Positions 50,629 to 61,334 of a DNA stretch of 64,000 nucleotides are shown here, in pieces (position 1 is the stretch's first letter; each line of letters opens with the position of its first letter). Origin of the DNA: Lophium mytilinum (Eukaryota); NCBI GenBank assembly GCA_010093605.1, contig MU004196.1, positions 1,138,606 to 1,202,605 of the forward strand, in the 5' to 3' direction. Both the position numbers and the translations under genes were made by a program. The notes beneath the pieces are model-generated. The model saw nothing but the letters and a program-made list of their open reading frames with translations, was not told the origin of the DNA and searched no databases.

Positions 50629-50789
50629 GGAGTGGTGTTGAGGATTTCGTCAGGTAGTCAGTTACCTCTCGCCTATATTCGAATGAACCCATGCAATATT
50701 GAAATCGCCGCGGCGTAACAGAGAGGAGGCATGAAATAAAAAATTACAGACACAGCATGAATGTTATTATACCGTGACATAGAACGCTT

Positions 50790-50976
50790 GTTGTAGAGCT
50801 TTGACATCGCAACTGCAACAAGAAGACACCTAGAACCTACCAGGAATCGAAATCTATAATATCAAAGTCGCGAGGGCGTGGATTAGGTATACGCTTGCAA
50901 TTTGCAATACATGGCATTTTACATCAAAATCTTTCAGTTTTGCGCACCTATGCACCCTATCGAGCCACCTCTAGCC
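50790..50976 (-). repeat. Diverged single copy of the 162-bp repeat family, inverted relative to the 55-kb array
   Basis: 50937-50976 matches the reverse complement of 55096-55135 at 38/40 nt. Weaker similarity (TTTGACA, GAAGAC, GAAATCT, GATTAGGT, TTTTACATC) continues to ~50790. Confidence 0.8.
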
Positions 50977-51320
50977 CTCCTGTCACATCCATATCGAGAC
51001 AAGGCAAACACGAGATGCCCAAAAAACGCCGATCCCCATACTAGAGACACAAAAGCCCTCACTGAGGACCCCCAAAGAAGGAAGAAGAAGAAGTGACGAG
51101 CCAAAGAAACAGTATAATGTTCAAGGAATGAAACCATCCCCGCCTCATTAGTCGAGCTTATCCATTTAGCTCCGGAATCCCGGTTTGTTTGCGAATGGGA
51201 TGGAAATAATTCTACCAGGTGAATGCTTTGTGATGATCGCGGAGTCCGCGTTGCCGTCGTTCCGTAATATGCTTGCGAAATACATGCTAGGTCGTGCTCG
51301 CTGCGTAGCGCGTTGCTCTA

Positions 51321-52785
51321 TTACGCGTTGCCGGGCTTTTCGTCGGTGTCAATGTGCCAGACAATGTAGTTTGGTAGTCCGTATACCCCGTATCCTGCGC
51401 GGAGTGCCATCTTCGCGAAGCCCTCGGTCTCGGCTTGGTTTTCAAATGCGTAGCAAGGGAAATTAATGCCGGAACGATGCACGTCTGCCTTCACAATGAT
51501 GTTTACGCCGCCGATGCCGTCGAGCTTCATTTCCTCGTCTTTGTCGTCTCGCCAGTTGCCCATCTTCGCCATGTATTTACGGTTGGTCTTGTATTCTTTG
51601 TAGCCTAAGGACTGTCAGTTGATGTAGCGCAAATCTGAGATGGGTGAAGTACCTTCGGCGAGAACGGTATCTTTATCAAGAGTTGCAGCTAGCTTGAGGC
51701 CTTCGGGGGATTCTACCCACGAATTATAGTCGACTTTGAAAAGTTAGTTTATACTCGATACTGTGTGTCGTGTGAAGCTTACATCGTCCCTCAATATCAA
51801 CCTTCTTGCCATTCTTCTCTTGGTACCTGTGGAACCAGATATCTGCCTTGATATTAGCACGCGATAGCTTCGACTGGGTTTCGCAACTTACTCGGCACTA
51901 AGACATCTTTATCGTGGGCTACGAAATCTTCGATAATCTTTTTGGGACTGTCCACAATGTCGACATCCCGCCAGTACACCCAGCTGTGTTCTGGCTTTAG
52001 GGCTGTGTTGAGAAGGTAGTTCCTGGCTCGGCCCATGGCTTTCCTGCGTGGTCCTTGGGCAGCGAAGCCGTGTCTGTCTTCCACGTCCTGTCCATGTGTA
52101 ACGCCGAAGTCCTTTTCGACAATCATAGCGGAGTTGAAGGCGTCGGAGGTCTTTTGCACTCGATCCAGTTCCATCGCCAGCGCCGCCATGGTATCATCCG
52201 TGGAGTCGCCAACGAGGAAAGCAAGGTCGATCAGGTTGTGAGGATACGAGAGCTGGGTGAGTAGGTCGAAGTGCTTTTGGAGGTAGGGGGAAGCATCGCG
52301 GAGGGGAGTAAGAATGAGGACACGTTCCTGATTGGCATCGGCCTTGGGGGTCGACTTGATGACGTTGAGATCGACGTGCGAGATTGAGCTCTCGTTGACC
52401 TCAATGGGCCGGTGGTGGTTGAATATCACAGGTGTTTGCATATGGCCATGCCATTCGGCGTTCTCGTTCGGTGTCATCTGCATCGGCGCCTTCGCCGGGC
52501 CCCAGCAGTAGAATCTGAAAATACGGCCTATTAGCAAGCTGTTCATCAGGGCTCATGCCTCCTGAGGAGACCCTCCGCAAGAGGAGCTCGCGAAAAGGTC
52601 GCGGGGAATCCATACCTTTGCATCTCCCCAGCTGCTGACCCCATGGACCGCCATAATATCAGGATTATGCCCGCTAGCCCAACAAACAGGAGGAATCGAG
52701 TGTTTCGTAGCACGTGCCAGACGGCGCGCGAAGGGGGCAGCCGTGCTTTCGCGGCCTTCCACGAATAGCCTTTGGGGACGAGCAT
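51321..52785 (-). CDS. anp1: Golgi mannan polymerase subunit, Anp1/Van1/Mnn9 (GT62) family, multi-exon
   Basis: Type II TM anchor, ERVLILTPLRD, YPHNLIDLAFLV, RRKAMGRARNYLL, YWRDVD (DxD), LDGIGGVNIIVKADVHRSG, ETEGFAKMA. Confidence 0.88.
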
Positions 52786-54021
52786 AGTGCAAGAGGAACG
52801 CTCTCGGCGTTGAGCTCAGCCAGCCGGTGAAACTTCCCAGCGCTGAGGGTTTGCGGGAAGCAGATTGCTCGCTCAAGGGCGCGATAGAAGGTGGCGCAAC
52901 GGGGGAGGGTGGCGGAAGAGGTGGTGGTACTGCGGGAGTCGAAAAAGAGGAGGCTCTCAGGCGTGCGCGGCGGCGGATCAGGCGGGCCTCAGCTGCGCAT
53001 TGAAGGCTGCTAACACTTGGAGTGAATAGCTGCGGGCAGTCAATTAAAGCAGGCAAGGAAAGAGAGCAGCCGCGGGAGGGAGGCGTGCGGCGGAGGTAGA
53101 GGCGGTCGCGATAACGAGTGTGCTTGGGAGGTCCGCAGGTCGAGGACAGGAGGTTCACGTCGTCGTAACTTACAGCGGGCGGCGTGATAGCCAATAGGAG
53201 CAAGGCTGGCAAAAAATAACGCCAACTGCCAGAATCGTTCTCCAGCGTCTGCACAGGCCCGGCTAATGTAAGTAGCGAAAATCACCTGGGCACTCTCTGC
53301 CGGCGAAAGACTGGTTCCCGGGCCCATTCTGCTTGGAAGGGTGTCGTCAGCCAGCCCACACTTTGCCCGCGCCGCCAGAGAAGCCAGGCATGTGGCGGGC
53401 CGGTTGTTGAGCGTTGAGGGCCGTTCCCCCCAAGACAGCCCGCTCATTTTACCGATGCATTAGATGCTAGCCGCCGTTAGACCCTTGCGTAGGGGGCGAA
53501 TGGTTCTGTTACGAGCAACCGCTTGGTGTGGCCATAAGAGCTATCAGGTTTGCCTACACCGTCGCTCTCCAATTCTTAAGAACATGCCCATGCTAGGGGA
53601 CCCTAGGCGGTACATGTTCTCTGGAACAATCTACCACGTCGGGGTGAATCCTAGTAGGCCCAGGGGCACTTTCAGACGTAGCCTCGTCGTCAAAGCGATA
53701 TGTCCTAACGCCCAATCCACAGCATGTTCCTATTTCATACTCCATTTCCTTCTCTTGTTTCATATTTCATGTCATAATCTATTATTTTGAGCCATTGTGA
53801 ACCGCGAAAACTGGTAGGTCCCTAGGTATCATTCTAGCATACCTCCTATTTCACAGCACTTCGCCGTTAGAGCGGCGTGCTTTGTTTACTAACAAGGTGT
53901 GCAACGTTCGACATTGTTTTATCTACCAAACTAAGACGTATATATAGACTTGTATTTGTGTACTATACATCGCTTTACATTTCCATTCTAATTGTTTAGA
54001 AGCACACTGACTGCATCGATC

Positions 54022-55080
54022 ATGGAAAGCCATACGAAGTTTCCAAACTGTGAGTCTCCAGCATCCCGAATCACACAAGAAAATAATGAAGATGAGCTCG
54101 TACAGGACTCAACTAACCTCTTTGACAGTCGATACGTGAGTGTGCACCCTGCCGGCAACGGATTTTCCGGGGATGTAACCTTCTGCTTCCTGCGCAAAGC
54201 GCTCAAAGCCGTTGTGGATTCTCACTATAAGGTACAGCTGCCGGACTACGCAGTGGACCTTTTGAAAGCCCAGCTTTGCGTGGTGAAGACTCTCCACAAT
54301 CCAGCCACTGCCAGGACCCGCCGAAGCCTTCTCAAGGAACTTGACGTCCTCCAACGAATCAAGGCGTCGCGAGGCAAATCAAAGGAGCGCCTACCTTATC
54401 TTGTAGACGCGCATATCAGCGATCAGCCTTGGATGGTGACTGCCGCTGTCCGAGGCCCTACCCTCGAATCTTTCCTAGTTTCGTTGACTCCGGGCCTGAG
54501 AATACCTGAGAGACTGTTCTGGCATCTCTACATCCAGCTTTCCGATGCCTTTCGCTTTTTGCATGCTCTAAAACCACAAGCTATTGCTCACGGTGACATA
54601 CATAGCTGCAATATCCTGCTTGAGCAAGCCAATAATAGCCTCCCAAATGTGGTGCTAGTCGATTTCGGCTGTGCCAGCATCGGTGATCTCGAGGACTACC
54701 AGGAAGATTCCAGTGGATCGTCCACATCAAAGTCAGACCCCCAAGCATGTAAGTTGGCTAATATTTCCCCATTTTCGTACGACGTCCTCATGCTGGCTAT
54801 GCTCCTCGACAGCCTCATAGCCGATGTTGAGTGGATCTGCCCACACGCGCGCTTTCTCATCCCCTTCCCCGCGTACCTCGAAGACCTCGTTCTGTACAAA
54901 CCGGCCGAGAAGCTACGGATTGAGAGCCTTTGGGCGAAGTTCGGCATCCACGCTACTATTCGTAGAGATTATCTTGCCTGGGACAAGCTCAAGAGGCTCC
55001 AGCCGGCGCTGGATACTTGTCCGGTGGATGATGAGTGCATTACACGTGTGGTTGAGGAGGCCGGGCTTTACATCGCATAA
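54022..55080 (+). CDS. Atypical protein-kinase-like protein (copy 2, more divergent), intronless
   Basis: AGNGFSGDV, LCVVKT, LKELDVL, GPTL, LFWHLYIQL, HGDIHSCN, PNVVLVDFG. Shares family motifs with the 26-kb and 61-kb genes. Confidence 0.8.
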   Translation: MESHTKFPNCESPASRITQENNEDELVQDSTNLFDSRYVSVHPAGNGFSGDVTFCFLRKALKAVVDSHYKVQLPDYAVDLLKAQLCVVKTLHNPATARTRRSLLKELDVLQRIKASRGKSKERLPYLVDAHISDQPWMVTAAVRGPTLESFLVSLTPGLRIPERLFWHLYIQLSDAFRFLHALKPQAIAHGDIHSCNILLEQANNSLPNVVLVDFGCASIGDLEDYQEDSSGSSTSKSDPQACKLANISPFSYDVLMLAMLLDSLIADVEWICPHARFLIPFPAYLEDLVLYKPAEKLRIESLWAKFGIHATIRRDYLAWDKLKRLQPALDTCPVDDECITRVVEEAGLYIA

Positions 55081-55095
55081 ATTTATTCTCGTATA

Positions 55096-55629
55096 GGCTA
55101 GAGGTGGCTCGACAGGGTGTATAGGTGCGCAAAACATTCATAGACTTGATGTAAAACACGATGTAATGCAAAACAGATGCGTGCTATACATCTTATTGTG
55201 GAGGACCTCATTTGTATCCTCACGATCTTGACATTGAAGATTTCAATTCTGTGATAGGCCCAGGGGGGTCATCCTACTGCAACCGCATTGTCAAAACAGT
55301 AAGAAACTCGATGTAAAACACGATGTAATGCAAAACAGACGCGTGTAATACATCTTATTGTGAAGAACCTAATCTGTATCCTCAGGATCATGACATCGAA
55401 GATTTCAGTTCTGTGATAGGCCCAGGGGGGTCTTCCTATTGCAACCGCATTGTCAAAACAGTAACAAATTCAATGTAAAACACGATGTAATGCAAAATAG
55501 ACGCGTGTTATACATCTTATCGTGAAGGCCCTAATCTGTATCCTCAGGATCTTGACATCGTAGATTTCAGTTCTGTGATAGGCCCAGGGGGGTCATCCTA
55601 CTGCAACCGCATTGTCAAAACTATACATC
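55096..55629. repeat. Tandem array of three ~162-bp units with a ~50-bp unique head
   Basis: Units start at 55148, 55310 and 55472 ((G/A)ATGTAAAACACGATGTAATGCAAAA...GGCCCAGGGGGGTC...CCGCATTGTCAAAAC). Confidence 0.93.
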
Positions 55630-55880
55630 AGCCCTGCTAATATGAGACCTACTGCGAAATGCATCTATATTCACCATGTCTCATTTCACACATTATAAAT
55701 CACGCTCAATATCAAGTCACTTTTCCAGCTTCGTCAAGGTGTCAGAATCGATTCATTATGGCCTCATCATGGGCAGAAGTTTGGACAAAAGGAACTAATC
55801 TACAGTGCACAGCAAAGGAAACCACCATCCACCCCGCCCCCAGGGAGGGAACGTCCCCCAAGTTCTACAACTTGGAGTTC

Positions 55881-57363
55881 TTACTCGTACACGCCGAGCT
55901 CGAACTGTTCCAAGTTGTAGAACTTGGCGGACGTCCCCTTGCCCTGAAAGGCACCCGCTTTGGTCGGATCATTGAAATGATCCAGCGCCACGTGTGCGCC
56001 GATGTCGCTGCCGAACTTCACGAAGACTGGGGCCTGTGCGTGCCCAGTTCCCCAGACCGGGGAAACCTTCTCCAATATGCCGAACTACACGTACAATTAG
56101 CAGGTACACCACGTGAAAAAGGAGCAGGCTTACGTACGATCTTGCAGTAATCCCCGATCTCTTGCCGGATGCCTCCGTCATTCCTGGCCTCGTCGTCTCC
56201 GCGCGTCACGCCGTCTAGCAGTCCGAAGATCACGATGACCGGGCTAGGCTTGTCTCTGGGGTCATCTTCTTCTTCTTTCGCACGCCGGCCGCCCTTGATC
56301 ACCGCAATTTGGGTACGATTTGCCCCCCCAAACTGTCCGCCCCGACCTCCTCGTCCACGCGACTTGTCCGTCTGGGTGTACAGACTCTCGATGATTCCCT
56401 TACCCTCCGGGCCGAGTCCCTGGCCCTTGACGTGGCCCATCTTCTCCATCATGCGCTTGGCGAAACCCGCTTTGCCAGGAAGTTTCGACGACTGTGGCTG
56501 GGAGATGGACGCGTCGTGTTCGTTGTCAGTCATCTGAGCTGTGTGTGGCTGGATCTGTGGGAAGGTCGCGCCTAATCCGGCATGCATGGCCGGCTCTTCG
56601 CTCGACGACGTGGAGCGCTGGGTGGAGTGCGGGGTGATGGAGGCGCTGAGTCGCTGACGCTTCGCGGTTGGGTCATCGCTTGGGGTCTCCTCGGACGCCC
56701 GAGACTCGCTCGAGAAGCTCGTCGACTTCAACTTCTGCTTCCACTCGAAGACAGATCGGTACTTCTCTGAGCTAGTCTTCCACTGGTTCCACGATGTAGG
56801 CTGGCCCTGGACGTACACGGCATCCCAGTCAACATCCGTGGGTTCCTCCTCTTCCTCATACTGCGGCTTCGGCCACTTGCTCTTGTTCTTATTACGGCCT
56901 CCCCGGTGTCTCTTGCCTTGTGAGGGATTGTAGGAGTCGTCGTTGGCAGTGTTCTTCGTGAACTCAGAGAAGGTGGTGGTCTTCAGTCCCACGGGAGCTT
57001 CAGCGGTGGGCATCGCGGGAGAGCTCGAGAGGAAAGAGGTGATTTGAGACGGCATGCGATGAGCTGTCTTGTGCTTGGCATTCTTCTGCTGCGGCTGCTG
57101 GGCCCGGTTGAGTACACGAGGCTGGAATGCATGGACTGTTAAGAAAAAGAGAAAACTGTGAGCAAGGTCTATCAAATGGTTGGAATCTTAGACGAATAGA
57201 TACCAGGAGTGTTACGAGCGCTACCGGCTTGGTCGTACATGACCGGAGCACGGGTGATCGTCGTAGCTGGGTTTGCATTCTGCTGAAGCAGATGCGGGTA
57301 GAGGGCAGGCAGCTGCTTGCGCGGGCCCTGTTCCTGGCTCTGGTTGTTCTGATTAGATGCCAT
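55881..57363 (-). CDS. spf45: Splicing factor Spf45-like (G-patch + C-terminal RRM/UHM), 3 exons
   Basis: G-patch GFAKRMMEKMGHVKGQGLGPEGKGII; RRM/UHM VIVIFGL..IRQEIGDYCKI-FGILEKV..VFVKF..F.GK...AKFY; introns 57203-57136 and 56137-56085. Confidence 0.8.
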
Positions 57364-57810
57364 TCTGTTAGACGGTCAAGCAACGTTAGTTCCGGCACGG
57401 CAACGCAGGCGACTGCGACTTTGACGAAGGTTGTGTGGAGTGAACGGCAACGGCGACCAGCTTGAGGCGTGTTGTGGTGGTGACGAAGCTTGGAGGTCGG
57501 TGGTCGAGGCGCGGTCGGCGTTTTGTTTTGAAGTGGGGGCGCTAGCGGCGCGCTAGTGATGAGCCAATCGGCGAAATGTTCCTGCGGCCTCCGGGTTTCC
57601 GAGATGTCGTGATGGCGTCAATGCCAGGAGACGCATTCTCGGCAGATAGAAAGTAGAGCAGGTCTCTGGGTGTATTTGAGTCCATCGTTGCTTGAGATAT
57701 CCATTGTAAGACTGCTGTTGCCCTTCCAATGTCATGAAGCTGACCATCTAGGAAAAACGCTCCCGAGATAGACATCAATTCGACTTATACAACCTACTAT
57801 CGTCTTCACT

Positions 57811-59558
57811 ATGGCCGCAACCACTCTTGCCAATTCCTTTTCCAAGGACTCGACAGCCACCGCCATCATCGTGCCCGGAACACCAGCGCTGACTGTCTCC
57901 TACCAGCGCCTGGCAGGTGATGTCAAAGCATTTCAGCTGAAGCTTGCGAAGCTTGGGATCAAACCCGAGTCTGCCGTATCCATAGCCCTTCCCAATTCGT
58001 ATGAGTTTATTGTTTCGTTCATTGCTGCGTCCTGGCAACGGGCGATTGCTGCTCCGCTGAACTCGGCCTACAAGCAGTCGGAATTCGAATGTACGTAATA
58101 CCGATTTAGTAGTAATGACTGCTACCTCTGACATCACTCCTCTAGTCTACATCGACGATCTTAGCTCTGCGGTTGCTCTCGTTCCCAAAGGTTCCTTCGC
58201 ACAGGATGGTGCTGCTGTCCGAGCAGCTCGTAAATACAAGGCAGCTATAGCAGAGTGCTACTACAATGGTAGTGAAGTCGTGCTGGACATAAAAGACCAG
58301 GGAAAGCTGGCGGGGAATGGCAATGTGAAGGTTGAGCAAGCGCAGCCAGACGATGTTGCTCTCGTGCTCCATACCAGTGGAACAACAGGGCGACCAAAGG
58401 CTGTATGTGCTGCATTCCCAAGTATTGTGATGCGACTAACAGGATTAGGTGCCGCTCACGCACCGCAATTTGGCTCGGACTATGAGTATGTCCCCACATT
58501 GCACCGTATAACAATATGAGCTAACGAGGCACAGAGAACATCCAAGCCACCTACAAGCTCACTCCCGAAGACCGCACCCTTCTCGTCATGCCGCTTTTCC
58601 ATGTCCATGGGCTCCTCGCAGGTTTCCTGGCTCCTCTCGCGTCTGGCGGATCCGTGATTGTTCCTCAGAAATTCTCAGCTTCAGAGTTCTGGAAAGACTT
58701 CAATGAGCATAAAGCCAACTGGTACACCGCGGTGCCGACCATCCACCAGATCCTGCTCAAGAACCCGCCTCCAAACCCCAAGCCGAACATCAGGTTCATA
58801 AGATCATGTTCCTCACCGCTCTCCCCGAAAACCTTCCATGAGCTAGAGAAGACTTTTGACGCACCAGTGTTAGAAGCGTATGCCATGACCGAAGCAGCAC
58901 ATCAAATGACCTCGAACCCCCTGCCACCCAGCAAACGCATGCCGGGCAGCGTAGGCATCGGTCAAGGCGTAGAAGTCAAGATCCTCGACCAGGAAGGCAA
59001 CGAGGTGCCACAGGGAAAGGAAGCCGAGATTTGTATTCGGGGAGAAAACGTCACAAAGGGATACCTAAATAACCCAGAAGCAAACAAAACTTCGTTCACC
59101 AAGGGAGGCTTCTTCCGCACCGGAGATCAGGGCAAGCAAGACGAGGATGGCTATGTGATCATCACGGGTCGTATCAAGGAGCTCATTAACAAGGGAGGGG
59201 AGAAGATCAGTCCTATCGAGCTGGACAACGTCATTGCTCAGCACCCCGCTGTCGCCGAAGCCGTTAGCTTTGCTTTGGAGGATGAGATGTTTGGACAGGA
59301 TGTTGGCATTGCGGTGGTGTTGAAGGATGGCAAGAAACTGAGCGGAGATGAGTTGAAGAAGTGGATGGCGGACAAAGTGGCGAAGTTCAAGCTCCCCAAG
59401 AAAGTAAGAGAGTGGTTACCCGTATGTTAAGATGTGTGACTAATAGTCTCCAGGTGTTCTTCACCGACCTCATGCCCAAGACTGCCACTGGCAAAGTTCA
59501 GAGAAGACTGGTCGCCGAAGCCATGCTTAAGAAAGAGCAGCCAAAGGCCAAACTATAG
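57811..59558 (+). CDS. pcs60: Peroxisomal acyl-/oxalyl-CoA synthetase (Pcs60/Fat2), multi-exon
   Basis: AMP-binding motifs LHTSGTTGRPK, MPLFHVHGL, EAYAMTE, FRTGDQG, GRIKELINKGGEKISP, PKTATGKVQR; C-terminal PTS1 AKL. Confidence 0.92.
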
Positions 59559-59949
59559 ACGCACTCTTGTCCATATCAATTCTCGCTAGGATGTTGTAGG
59601 ATACGAGTTGAAGTTGATTGTAGATATATACAGTAGAGCGTCAGCGGTACACATAGTCAAACAGTACATTTAGAAAGGTGTCAACGACACCAACAAAATC
59701 CTGGAATCTGCAAGCCGAAGTGATATGAATAACGATCAAACCCCATCTCAAGTTCCACCGACCTCGGGGCAAACATAATTGCACCGAGTATGTCAAGCCT
59801 ACTGCCCCTCAACCCCGCGCCGAATAGAACGGCATCGTTCCGCACTTCGGTGCGCCCTGTCCAACCTCCACCCGCTTCAACTACATGCGTACACGAGCCT
59901 CCCGTCAATAACATTAAAGAACTACCCACTTCCTCTCAACTCCCTCTGC

Positions 59950-60714
59950 ATGTTCCCCCGCTCCCTCCTCCGTACATCCCTCGCGACCCTCCAACCCCTC
60001 CAAACCGCCGCCTCACGCTTCCAACCCACCTTCAGACGCGCCATGGCCACCACCCCGACGCAGGAATGGCTCGTAATAGTGCCCGACTACCCCGCGGCGC
60101 TGGAAAAGCGCATAAGCGTGCGCGGGAACCATCTCCAGGGACTAGGCGCTGACCCTGCGCATTTCTGGCAGTTCGGAGGTGCGTTGCCTGGTTTCTTTTG
60201 CCAGCTCATCCCATAGTTCTAGTCGTAGGCCACACGTCTGGGCATGGGCTCGCTCCAACTTGCCCACCCAACACCACTGTTGCGGGGAGCTTGGTTACTG
60301 AGCAGGCAATTAGTCGAGGGGCAGTCTGATCTGCACTGCTTGAAGCGTGACATCGCCCTTGAGTATGAGAAACCATGTGCGGGTGCCCCAAGCAGTGGCA
60401 TACGGACTTGTGGCTTGTTACTGTCCCTCGTTATCTTCGTTTTGGCTCGTGGCTTCGATCTCTATACCGGCTGGGTGGTGAGTCAGGGTAAAGGACATGC
60501 ATTGACTTATGCGACTGCAGGCGCTATGCTCGAAGAGCCGATCAAGGAAGGCGAGACACCGAAAATGAAGGGGTCGGCGATGCTGTGTGTGGCTACAACG
60601 CAGGAAGAGGTTTTGGAGAGGTTGAGGAGGGATATCTATGTCACGGAGGGCGTGTGGGATCTTGAGAAGATTCAGGTTATTCCGTTTAAGTCTGCGGTGA
60701 GGAAGGCGCTTTAG
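59950..60714 (+). CDS. YCII-related domain protein with probable mitochondrial presequence, 2 exons
   Basis: Arg/Ser/Leu-rich leader, EWLVIVPD...KRISVRGNHL, intron 60179-60520, GAML...KMKGSAM...DIYVTEGVWD..IQVIPFKSA. Confidence 0.85.
60220..60423 (-). mobile_element. Near-complete MITE copy inside the YCII gene intron
   Basis: Reverse-complement match to 29116-29329. Both ends are retained (TAGTCGTAGGCCACACGTCTGGGCA... / ...GACTTGTGGCTTGTTACTG), with a small internal deletion. Confidence 0.85.
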
Positions 60715-61334
60715 GGGGTTGAGTGGAAGGGGGCAGTGGTAGGGCTGGGGCCTTAAGGGCTGTAACGGTACTTAAAGAGGGGCATCTTACTGGAAGGCTA
60801 GACTTAGATGTCGAGATCTGGCTGCGGTCTTTCAATGCTGTTCTTCGTTTTGCATCACTTGAGGATCCGATTTCTTCGCACCGGTGTCTACTATCTGAGA
60901 CAAGAGCGACAGTCGTCCCATGATTGTGACTATATCATGAAGATTGCGCGTAACCTTTTAGCTTGGCTGTTTACCATGAAACCGTATACGGCCATTTGTA
61001 ACTCGAAGGGATGGGTAAGCTCGCGAATTGCAGTTTGGGTGGTATGAATTTGCCTTCCAGTTAGGGATGCTTCTTAGTCACTGCGTACCAGCCCAGCATC
61101 TATGAGCACTGGATGAGTGTTAATAAAAGCTCGTACCGATTCCAAAATCGCAGTTTTGAGCTCTGGAAGAATAGGTTCACGTCGACAGTCATACGGCACC
61201 AAGCAGTGGTAAGCGAGTGTACGGTTTTCTATAGCGAGTCATTGTTGTATCAGTTTTGAGAAAAGAGATGATGGAACTTGAATGAGACTGATGGGGAGTC
61301 TGCAGCTTCAAGAGTTCAATCTACCACGGCCCGT

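Noticed and set aside
52553..53254. 233-aa ORF overlapping the anp1 5' end
   Set aside because: Non-ATG start, out of frame with the conserved anp1 exon and low complexity. It is 5' UTR.
55148..55621. Regularly spaced repeats as a CRISPR-like array or RNA-gene (5S/tRNA) cluster
   Set aside because: The units are similar along their whole length with no unique spacers, the context is eukaryotic, and no A/B boxes or 5S consensus were recognised.
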